Shown here: piece after piece, positions 8,948-16,938 of the stretch
Position numbering within the stretch: the stretch's first letter is position 1
How the letters are laid out: each line of letters opens with the position of its first letter
DNA from: a virus
Lineage: Duplodnaviria > Caudoviricetes
Reading direction: 5' to 3' (one strand)
DNA length: 37,968 nucleotides
IMG/VR virus record: IMGVR_UViG_3300023174_000013
Coordinates: 1-37,968 of that record
The notes under the pieces: generated by a model
What the model saw: the letters and a program-made list of their open reading frames with translations, nothing else
Database searches by the model: none
Told to the model about the DNA's origin: nothing
Position numbers and translations under genes: made by a program

Positions 8948-8969
8948 TTAGGTACGGTTCTACCGTGAT

Positions 8970-9005
8970 GCAAGACCCTCAGGAGTTCGCTCCTGAGGGT
9001 CTTGC
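8970..9005 (+). terminator. Strong hairpin after the capsid gene (terminator or 3' stabiliser)
   Basis: Perfect 16-bp stem GCAAGACCCTCAGGAG/CTCCTGAGGGTCTTGC with TTCG loop; U-tract poor. Confidence 0.7.
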
Positions 9006-9007
9006 TC

Positions 9008-9013
9008 TATACT
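9008..9013 (+). promoter_or_regulatory. Putative -10 box for a leaderless transcript
   Basis: TATACT lies 6 nt before ATG 9020; no Shine-Dalgarno between. Confidence 0.5.
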
Positions 9014-9019
9014 GACCCC

Positions 9020-9661
9020 ATGGCAACTGCAATTGGCTCCTATGTCACCCTCGCCGTCGCTAAGGCGCGCCTTGGCATACCCTCCGCAGATACAACTGAC
9101 GACACGCTGCTCACGCGCCTGTGCGATCAGGTCAATGCGTACATTGAGTCCTACACGGGTACGGTTCTGGCTCCAATTGGCACGGCAACCTATACCTTTG
9201 ACGGTGACGAGCGAGTTAACGACCGTCAGTTACTCATTCCAAGGGGAGTTCGCACTATTACCCTGCTAGAGAACTCTGCATACACGGGCGGTCCGTACCA
9301 GACCATTCCTTCTTCTGACTATTTCTTGCGCCCTTCTAACGCCGACCTTAACCCCGGGTTCCCATTTACAGAGTTGGTTATGACTAATGTGCCAAGCGCG
9401 GGCAATCCGCTCCCAACCTTCAATCCCGGTTTGGATAACATCCGCATCACCGGCACTTGGGGCTGGGCTGCAATCCCGGATGAAATTAAAGAGGTTGCAG
9501 AGGTGATGCTCGTGCGCGCGTGGGCGGGGCGACAGGCTGGGCAGACAGATCAAATCGGGGTCAGCGAAGGGGGAATGCCAATCATTAGTCGCACAGTCTC
9601 CCTTCGCGACCGCGAAACCCTAAATAGGTTTAGACTAAAGCGACCCGACAGGATCGGCTAA
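9020..9661 (+). CDS. Head-tail connector/adaptor (HK97 gp6-like)
   Basis: YVTLAVAKARLG..DTTDDTLL...IESYTG, ITGTWGW..IPDEIK; follows capsid gene. Confidence 0.88.
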   Translation: MATAIGSYVTLAVAKARLGIPSADTTDDTLLTRLCDQVNAYIESYTGTVLAPIGTATYTFDGDERVNDRQLLIPRGVRTITLLENSAYTGGPYQTIPSSDYFLRPSNADLNPGFPFTELVMTNVPSAGNPLPTFNPGLDNIRITGTWGWAAIPDEIKEVAEVMLVRAWAGRQAGQTDQIGVSEGGMPIISRTVSLRDRETLNRFRLKRPDRIG

Positions 9662-9681
9662 AGAAAGTAGGAGGAGTTGAA

Positions 9682-9876
9682 ATGGCAACCAAGAAGCCAA
9701 TGTCATGGAACCCAGACGAGGTAATCAAGCGACCAGTTGACCCAGAGATTGCCGCCGAGCGCGCCAAGATTGGGCTGGGTAACGAGGAGCCGTCGCTTCC
9801 GCTTACTGAGGAGCAGAAGCGCGCACGCGCAGATCGCTTTGTCTGGAAGCCGGGAGACCTCCGCCGAGTTCGCTAA
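9682..9876 (+). CDS. Small hypothetical protein (64 aa), first gene of the effector cassette
   Basis: Strong AGGAGG RBS; TAATG coupling to the next gene; ends DRFVWKPGDLRRVR. Confidence 0.75.
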   Translation: MATKKPMSWNPDEVIKRPVDPEIAAERAKIGLGNEEPSLPLTEEQKRARADRFVWKPGDLRRVR

Positions 9877-10643
9877 TGCCCCGCCTGTTGGCGGTAGTCC
9901 GAGCGCGCAAGCACGCTGATCATGATCAGTCCGATCATGGGAATTGGGCTACGGGCAGGTTTGCTCAAGGCACACCAAGAGGCGGAAATGCAGTTACTGT
10001 TCTAGAGGCTATTCGCATGCAGTCTCCAACGGACAAGTACAAATCCAAAGTCTACGAAGCAGCAAATAAATTGTTTCCTACTGAAAAAGAAGGCAATGTC
10101 GCGCCGGTAGGTCCTCAAAGAAAAGATTTTGCTACTTATGAGGAATACGCCAAGGCGTTCAAGGAGTATGACAAAGCGTTTGATAAATACGCTCAGACCG
10201 CGATGGAGTATTTGGCTTCAGACACTGGTAGAGAACTGCTAGACGGCTCACTTAAGGGTGTAAAATCCTATGTCCAGCAAATTTGTACATCTGACTGGTT
10301 TATAGAAGCCTTTGGAACAGCATCACAAATGGGCGGAGTTCCGCCAGTCAAAGTAACAACGGCTGGGGACGAATCTGGTTCTTTCCGCATGAAAGCCGAC
10401 CGATTTGGAACTGTTTCAGAGACAAGTTTGCGATTTAACAAAGCGGCATTTACAAGAGAGCCAACACTACTGCATGAGATTGCTCACTTTGCAACTGCTG
10501 CCAGCGCAACGGCAACATACGAGCCGCACGGGGTAGAGTATGCAAAGAACCTTGTATTCATTTGCGAACAAGTAGTTGGTTCTGAATTTGCAGAACTAAT
10601 GCGTACTTCGCTTATAGAGGAGGGCGTGCCAATTGACAACTGA
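9876..10643 (+). CDS. Tagged zincin-like (HExxH) putative metallopeptidase
   Basis: Tag KHADHDQSDHGNWA at aa 12; TLLHEIAH followed by PHGVEY. Confidence 0.8.
   Translation: MPRLLAVVRARKHADHDQSDHGNWATGRFAQGTPRGGNAVTVLEAIRMQSPTDKYKSKVYEAANKLFPTEKEGNVAPVGPQRKDFATYEEYAKAFKEYDKAFDKYAQTAMEYLASDTGRELLDGSLKGVKSYVQQICTSDWFIEAFGTASQMGGVPPVKVTTAGDESGSFRMKADRFGTVSETSLRFNKAAFTREPTLLHEIAHFATAASATATYEPHGVEYAKNLVFICEQVVGSEFAELMRTSLIEEGVPIDN
9909..9950 (+). repeat. Tag copy 4 (KHADHDQSDHGNWA)
   Basis: Read directly in ORF 9876..10643. Confidence 0.97.
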
Positions 10644-13600
10644 CAAAGACGAACTGTTTGAGTGCGTTATTCCTTTGCCCGACGCGCTGATCCCTGAACA
10701 AATGGATGAGCCAACCAAGTCTCTTAAGCACGGTGACCATGATCAGTCCGACCATGGAAACTGGGCGCACGGTGGCGGAGATGGAACCAAGGAAAACCCC
10801 ATCAGGACTAGCAGCGTTGAAGAGGCAGCGCGTGCGCTTGGGGAGGGCAAGCATGTTGAGTTGCAAAGCCCAGATCAGGTAGCAACCCTCCTAGATCGGC
10901 TTAACGAGTTGGCAAAAGAGGCGGAGGCGGCTGGCACAAAAGCAAAAAACATTGACCTGTGCAATGTGACAGTTCCGGGCACAAACTTGTTCTGCGTTGA
11001 GTCCAAAGGCATCCCTAGGGTAGAAATGCCACAACTAAAAGGAATCCCAAACAGCGGCAGCCCAGCCTCAGACTTGCCAGCAGACAAGCGTGGCGAGGTG
11101 GACATCACCGAGGCGTATCTTGAGCAACTACGGTCATCTGGAGTTTCCTTGACCGAAGATGAGGCGCTTGCCAGCCATCTAAAGGCGACACAAAATGAGT
11201 TGAATGGCGGCAAAGTTGCAGGGATTATGGCTGCCGCACGCGCTGGACAACTTGACCTGAACCAACCAATTGTGGTGTCTAGGGATGGCTACATCGTAGA
11301 CGGTCATCACCGATGGGCAGCAAAAGTTGCCCTTGAGCATGACGGCATTGACGACCCAGAGACCGACATGAAGATTCCTGTAGTCCGCGTAGACCAAGAC
11401 ATTCTTGACATCCTTGAGTCATCCAAGCAGTTCGCTGCCGACATGGGATTGCCACAAGTTGCAGTCAAGTCTCTAAAGCACGGAGACCATGACCAGTCTG
11501 ACCATGGGAACTGGGCAACTGGCGGCGCTGACCATCAGTACACAGGAAAGCCACGATCCGCCGCCTCTCGCGCGCGCATGAACGAGCATACAGACCGTTA
11601 TGGAGACCCAGAGCGCAGGGAGTCAGGGCGGCGTTCAGGCAGCAGAAACCTTGGTCGCGAAGTGACAGAAATGGAAATTGTTGCGCTGGAGTCTTACAAA
11701 GGCGGAGGGTACGGGGAAATAAACCGCTTCTTGCGAGGAACACAAGAAGGAGACGATTGGACAAAAGACCGAATTGACGCGGTAAAGTCATTGGCGCTTC
11801 CGACTACTGAACCGATGACGGTAACGCGCATGATGCCGTTGTTTGCCGTTGAGGGGATTGCCGCTGGGCAAATTTATGAAGACAAAGGCTTTATGTCAAC
11901 GGGAAAGGGAGACCACCCTGCACAATTCTTTCATGGATACCCAGTACAAATGCAAATTGAGGTTCCTGCTGGAACTCCCGTCGTTGACTTTGACAATTTC
12001 TCTGGCTTAGATGGGTGGGGCAACATTGAGCGCGAAGTGACGCTAATGCCAAACACCCAATTAGTTATTGACCGAGTTGAGCAGCGGGATTGGAACCGAG
12101 ACTTTGGACCAACGGAAACAGACGGTCTCAAAGTCTACGCTCACCTTGTTTCGTCAACCAAATCCCTTAAACACGGAGATCACGACCAAACAGACCACGG
12201 CAACTGGGCGCACGGAAACGCCGCCATTTCGGCACTTTCTGCAACAGACAAAAAGGAAGGAGAGAAGTACCTAATTGAAAGGTATCCGCCAGATGATCTC
12301 AACCGCGACTCTGACCTAGGAAAGAAATTAGGTTTGACAAGTTTGGAGTGGGCAGCCGCAGATCACTACCGAACTCAGGGCTACATGGAAATAAACAACC
12401 TTCTTCGTGGCGTTGGAAGCGATTGGGGCATGGAGTTTGCCCCGGCAGACATTCGCTCAGTTCAACTTCTGGATGAAGCAATGGATAAAAGTACAATCAA
12501 AAACTTTGAGACGGTGTATCGCGGAACAAGCATGCTTGCCAGCAAAATGGACACTTTCTTGTCTAGTTTAGAAGTAGGAGGCGTGTACACCGACCCATCC
12601 TTTGTGTCTACTTCTAGAGGCAAAGACATTGCCGAGTCGTTTGCAACAGACCGACCCCCTGATGAGGCAAAAGAAAACAGGGCAAGTTTAATGTGGGAAA
12701 TTGTGTTGCCGCCGGGAGCCTCGGCTTTGGACATGCAATCCCTGTTTCCTAGTTTCGGGTCTAACGAAGAAGAAGTTCTTCTGGACAGAGACACTCATCT
12801 ACGCATTCTTGCAAAGGAGAGTGCTGGCGTAACACTTGATGGCGAGCCAGTGTACCGAATCAAAGCAATTGCAATTCCAACGGCAACCAAGTCTCTCAAG
12901 CATGGCGATCATGACCAGTCCGATCATGGGAGTTGGGCGCACGGGTCAGCAAATAGACCGACGCTATCTAACGAAGATAAGAACAAAGCCGAAGCAGCCC
13001 TGACGAAGAATAATGGGGGTTGGGTTGGCGGAAATTATCAACATGCGTTCCAGTTGACTGACCTAGAGGTTGCAGCCGCCCAGCACTATCGCGCATTTGG
13101 CTTTGCCCAGATGAACAGGATGATGCGGGGGCAAGAAAGCCTTACTGGGCTTGCATTTGTTCCAGAAATTGTTCGTGGCGCAGAGTTGCTAGAAGACGCA
13201 ATGTCAAAAGCATCTTTGCAAAAAAATACAACTGTGTACCGGGGCATGCACCTTCTATCTGATGAAGCCCAGAAGTTCTTGGCTGGCATTAAATCGGGAG
13301 ATGTATACACCGACCCAGCGTTTACCTCCACATCCAAATCGGAAACAATTGCCATGAAATTTGCCACGGAGAGATACTCAGAGGAGCGACAAGAAAACAG
13401 GACGGGTATTGTTTGGCAAATCTTTGCTCCAAGTGGCACTTCGGCTTTGGACTTTGACAAATTGTTTGCCGGGACCACAAGTCAAGAACAAGAAATTCTG
13501 CTTGCGCCAAACACCCATTTCAAGATTCTCGGCACACAACTAGACAGTTACACCTCTACGGGTGAGCCAATAATCCGAGTCATGGCTACCGTCATCCCAA

Positions 13601-16275
13601 CGGCAACCAAGTCCATGAAGCACGGCGACCATGATCAGTCCGACCATGGCAACTGGGCGGACGGGATAGTTCCCCTTGCAAAGACCCCCATTGAGCAAGT
13701 AGATGCGCTTCGGTCATGGTCCTCTAACTCCTACAACATGATTAACGGAGCCTTGCGTAACCCAGACACACTTGGTGCTCAAGAGCGCGGTGGCTTGCGC
13801 GAGCCAGTTCAAAAGATGCAAGACCAGTTAGATAAGTTGTTTGCGGGTGTTCCCAAGACTACAAAAGAGATGACGGTGTATCGCGGCGCAACTGGCGACT
13901 GGGTAAAGAATTTAGTTGACCAATACGAAGCCACAATTGAAAAAGGGCGTGTGGGGTACAGGGAGACTGGGGTAATGCCGCAGTTTAGCCAAGACCGCTT
14001 TACCGACCAAGGGTTTACCTCAACTACGCCAGACAAAGACATTGCGCTTCGTTTCTCTGGTACTGGCTTAAGCGGTGGTGGGTACTATACGGGCGAAGGC
14101 AGGGCAATCTTTGAGATCAACATTCCAGAGGGAAGCAGCGTTGTAAATGTTGAGGAGTTTGCCAACGAGTTTGGTGGGTTTGCCAAATTTGCAGCAGAGG
14201 AGAAAGAGTACCTTCTCCCGCGCGGGAGTACCTTTGAAGTAGCCGATGTGACCCCAAGTGAGGAGCAGTTCGGCAGTCAAGGACCTTTGTACTACACCAT
14301 TAGGCTAGACCTTGTTCCGTCGTCAACTAAATCCGTCAAGCACGCCGACCACGACCAGTCCGATCACGGCAACTGGGCGGACGGCGGTAGAAATGGGCAG
14401 AGCCACAATGTTGTTCAACTTGGGCATCCGTACCCAACTAATCCCCCGCACGGATCAACCGGGTACAGAGAGCCAATGTCATCTGTTGCCCTACCAAATG
14501 GGCGGAGCGTGGAGATTCAATCTGGGGGAGATGCCGTATCGGGAGGTTACAACGGGTATTTCGTTATGCACAACAAAGCAAACGGTGAGCGCATGGGGTA
14601 TCTGGACTACCAGTCAAGCGGAAGCGGGGATGATAGGCGCGTACAAATTGCTATGGTTGAAACCACCGAAGGTTATCGTGGGCAAGGGGTTGCAACAGCA
14701 TTGCTCGCTCGCTTGGTTGCTGAGTTCCCAGAAACAAAAATTGAACCGGGATCAACAACTGAAGATGGCGGTCGCTGGTGGCAAAGCGTGAAGCCATTAT
14801 TGCCAGCGTCCTCTAAGTCTTACAAGCACGCGGACCATGACCAGTCCGAACATGGTAACTGGGCAGACGGGGAAAGGTACACAGCAGAGGCAAGAAACAA
14901 CGCAGAACGGGCTTTAACTCATTACAGCATTGACGGATACCAAAGAATCAACTCTTACTTGCGTAAAACAGACATGAGTCAAGATGAATGGCAAACACAG
15001 GAGTTTGATCCAAAGCCAGCAATTAAAGAAATAGATTCTTTGTTTGAGTCCGCAGCGCCGCTCAAAGAGCCTGTCACCGTATTTCGCGGCATAGACAGCG
15101 AAGTAGCAGAAAAGATGACTTGGAAGCAAGGGGATACCTATACCGATGCCGCCTTTATGTCTACTTCACTGCGCGAGGAAGTGTCCGAACGGTTTACTGA
15201 CTATGGCGGCAAGGGAGCCTACATTATGCAAATTGAAGTTCCTGCTGGCACAACTGCGCTGACCCCAAGCATGTTTGCAACATTGGTGGACGAGGAAGAA
15301 GTCCTCCTTAACAGAGGAACAACACTGCAAATTACAGGAACGGCGTTGAAAGACAATTTTAATTACATCTACGCAACAGTTGTTCCGACAACTAAGTCTC
15401 TAAAGCATGGCGACCACGACCAAACAGATCACGGCAACTGGGCAAGGGGTTTTGATGCGCCAAGTTCAACAGAAATTAGTCGCAGCCCAAAGGAATCTCG
15501 CACAACAACTCCTTTGTGGTATGTGGAACGGGATGCTGGAGTTGGATCGGATAGACAAAGCCAGTTAAACAACATGCAATTTGGCACACAGCGAACCCTG
15601 CACGAGGCGTTAGATGCGTATACCCATTGGAAAACCGACCAATGGTCAGATGACGGCAGTTCAATTGCGTTTCACGCTGCATTAAACGAGCGATTGCGCG
15701 AAGGAATGAATCGCGGCAAAGCAGTTGAAGCAACCGCAGCGGAATTTGCCGAAGAAGGAGACGACCAGTTAGGTAAAACGCTTTATTCTGGTTTTATGCA
15801 TTTGGACGCTTTAACAAGAGATAGCGTAATGAAAGAAGACACTGTTGTTACCAGAGCCATGTCTCCAGTGTTTGATCGTCAAGAGTTGGAAGCAGCCATT
15901 TCAGGCGGCTCTTTGAACTTGTACGGTCAAGAGATCACTGCTGGCGCGGTATTTTCAGACGCTGGCTTTGTGAGTACATCATTGGACACTACGGGGTCAT
16001 CTACTCAGTACTTTGGGCAAAACTGGGAAGGGGCAGAGGGTTTGGAAGATTCTCAAATTCCAACGAGCGTTCGGTGGATGATTACCGTTCCTGCTGGTGC
16101 TCCAGCCGCTGATTTGCGTTCTGTTGGGTTCTCTAGCCAACACGGTGAGCAGGAAGTAATTTTGCCAAGAAACACACATTTTCAAGTGGACTCATACGAT
16201 GTCAAAATGCCGCCAACTGGCGGAGGGGCAGCATCCGTAACCATTCGGGCAACCGTGATCCCAACACACAAGTAA
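10633..16275 (+). CDS. 1880-aa tagged polyprotein: ParB/Srx-like domain, six VIP2/C2-like ADP-ribosyltransferase domains, one GNAT domain
   Basis: Eight tags (K codons at 10726, 11476, 12169, 12898, 13618, 14338, 14824, 15403); IVDGHHRW; six sets of V-x-R, FxST and ExE; YRGQGVATALL; GAGGAGG 9 nt before TTG. Confidence 0.93.
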   Translation: MTTDKDELFECVIPLPDALIPEQMDEPTKSLKHGDHDQSDHGNWAHGGGDGTKENPIRTSSVEEAARALGEGKHVELQSPDQVATLLDRLNELAKEAEAAGTKAKNIDLCNVTVPGTNLFCVESKGIPRVEMPQLKGIPNSGSPASDLPADKRGEVDITEAYLEQLRSSGVSLTEDEALASHLKATQNELNGGKVAGIMAAARAGQLDLNQPIVVSRDGYIVDGHHRWAAKVALEHDGIDDPETDMKIPVVRVDQDILDILESSKQFAADMGLPQVAVKSLKHGDHDQSDHGNWATGGADHQYTGKPRSAASRARMNEHTDRYGDPERRESGRRSGSRNLGREVTEMEIVALESYKGGGYGEINRFLRGTQEGDDWTKDRIDAVKSLALPTTEPMTVTRMMPLFAVEGIAAGQIYEDKGFMSTGKGDHPAQFFHGYPVQMQIEVPAGTPVVDFDNFSGLDGWGNIEREVTLMPNTQLVIDRVEQRDWNRDFGPTETDGLKVYAHLVSSTKSLKHGDHDQTDHGNWAHGNAAISALSATDKKEGEKYLIERYPPDDLNRDSDLGKKLGLTSLEWAAADHYRTQGYMEINNLLRGVGSDWGMEFAPADIRSVQLLDEAMDKSTIKNFETVYRGTSMLASKMDTFLSSLEVGGVYTDPSFVSTSRGKDIAESFATDRPPDEAKENRASLMWEIVLPPGASALDMQSLFPSFGSNEEEVLLDRDTHLRILAKESAGVTLDGEPVYRIKAIAIPTATKSLKHGDHDQSDHGSWAHGSANRPTLSNEDKNKAEAALTKNNGGWVGGNYQHAFQLTDLEVAAAQHYRAFGFAQMNRMMRGQESLTGLAFVPEIVRGAELLEDAMSKASLQKNTTVYRGMHLLSDEAQKFLAGIKSGDVYTDPAFTSTSKSETIAMKFATERYSEERQENRTGIVWQIFAPSGTSALDFDKLFAGTTSQEQEILLAPNTHFKILGTQLDSYTSTGEPIIRVMATVIPTATKSMKHGDHDQSDHGNWADGIVPLAKTPIEQVDALRSWSSNSYNMINGALRNPDTLGAQERGGLREPVQKMQDQLDKLFAGVPKTTKEMTVYRGATGDWVKNLVDQYEATIEKGRVGYRETGVMPQFSQDRFTDQGFTSTTPDKDIALRFSGTGLSGGGYYTGEGRAIFEINIPEGSSVVNVEEFANEFGGFAKFAAEEKEYLLPRGSTFEVADVTPSEEQFGSQGPLYYTIRLDLVPSSTKSVKHADHDQSDHGNWADGGRNGQSHNVVQLGHPYPTNPPHGSTGYREPMSSVALPNGRSVEIQSGGDAVSGGYNGYFVMHNKANGERMGYLDYQSSGSGDDRRVQIAMVETTEGYRGQGVATALLARLVAEFPETKIEPGSTTEDGGRWWQSVKPLLPASSKSYKHADHDQSEHGNWADGERYTAEARNNAERALTHYSIDGYQRINSYLRKTDMSQDEWQTQEFDPKPAIKEIDSLFESAAPLKEPVTVFRGIDSEVAEKMTWKQGDTYTDAAFMSTSLREEVSERFTDYGGKGAYIMQIEVPAGTTALTPSMFATLVDEEEVLLNRGTTLQITGTALKDNFNYIYATVVPTTKSLKHGDHDQTDHGNWARGFDAPSSTEISRSPKESRTTTPLWYVERDAGVGSDRQSQLNNMQFGTQRTLHEALDAYTHWKTDQWSDDGSSIAFHAALNERLREGMNRGKAVEATAAEFAEEGDDQLGKTLYSGFMHLDALTRDSVMKEDTVVTRAMSPVFDRQELEAAISGGSLNLYGQEITAGAVFSDAGFVSTSLDTTGSSTQYFGQNWEGAEGLEDSQIPTSVRWMITVPAGAPAADLRSVGFSSQHGEQEVILPRNTHFQVDSYDVKMPPTGGGAASVTIRATVIPTHK
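10726..15444 (+). repeat. Tag copies 5-12 dispersed through the polyprotein, each preceded by (T/V/S)-K-S-(L/M/V/Y)
   Basis: Spacings 750, 693, 729, 720, 720, 486, 579 nt, all in frame. Confidence 0.97.
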
Positions 16276-16277
16276 GG

Positions 16278-16283
16278 TAAACT
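16278..16283 (+). promoter_or_regulatory. Putative -10 box for a leaderless transcript
   Basis: TAAACT lies 6 nt before ATG 16290; same geometry as 9008-9020. Confidence 0.45.
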
Positions 16284-16289
16284 CCGCTT

Positions 16290-16730
16290 ATGTCATTTGT
16301 AGATTCCAGTATCGCCGCCGCAGTAGCCGCACGGGTAGCCACCGTGACGGTTGCCTCCACCGTTGCCGCCATTCGTGGGGCTACTGCGGCTCCTCCCGAC
16401 AAATTGCAAGTTTTGCCCTATGCCGTAGTCCTTCCGAGTTCAGACCGAGTTGAGCATTACGCTTCTGCGCGCAAGGTGACCTGCTCGTTTACGGTTCGGC
16501 TGTACCTTGGCAGCCCCCAAGATTTTGCCCGCCGATTTCCTGCCCTTCACACCTATCGGACGGCGCTCCGAGACATCTTTGTGGGGGATGTGACCCTTGG
16601 CGGTCTGGTAGACTTGGCGACAGTTGATTCCACACGCATTGGTGCAGACATGTATGCTGGGGATGAGTTCGTGACAGTGGAAGCCACGGTCACCTGTGTG
16701 AAAGGGGAAAGCCTTGATTACCAAGCCTGA
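16290..16730 (+). CDS. Probable tail terminator/completion protein
   Basis: 146 aa, LPYAVV...TVRLYL...DVTLGGLV pattern; lies before the tail tube gene. Confidence 0.65.
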   Translation: MSFVDSSIAAAVAARVATVTVASTVAAIRGATAAPPDKLQVLPYAVVLPSSDRVEHYASARKVTCSFTVRLYLGSPQDFARRFPALHTYRTALRDIFVGDVTLGGLVDLATVDSTRIGADMYAGDEFVTVEATVTCVKGESLDYQA

Positions 16731-16935
16731 GATTGTTGAAAGCGAAACAGTAACGGTGGTGCTGGTAAAGCCCCTTGCCGACGGCGCAGTTATCCCCGGA
16801 ATTAAGTCCGACGGAAGCGCATCCGAAGTTGATCGGGTGTATGCTGCTCCGTACCTGAAGGCTGGGCTTATCAAGGAGTTCGTGGCTACCGAAGCGCCAC
16901 GAGTTGCTAAAGCCGCTTCGGAAGTAGAGGAGTAA
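16714..16935 (+). CDS. Small hypothetical protein in the tail module
   Basis: TTG start after AAGGGG; 73 aa filling the gap to the tail tube gene. Confidence 0.6.
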   Translation: MITKPEIVESETVTVVLVKPLADGAVIPGIKSDGSASEVDRVYAAPYLKAGLIKEFVATEAPRVAKAASEVEE

Positions 16936-16938
16936 GAC

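Noticed and set aside
5811-15444. The 12 repeats as a CRISPR array or DNA-level repeat element
   Set aside because: Spacing is hundreds of nt, always in frame inside ORFs, with synonymous variation; no cas operon.
10633-16275. Intein/Hint-mediated self-processing of the polyprotein
   Set aside because: No Hint-like N-terminal Cys block or His-Asn end at module borders; linkers are only ~20 aa.
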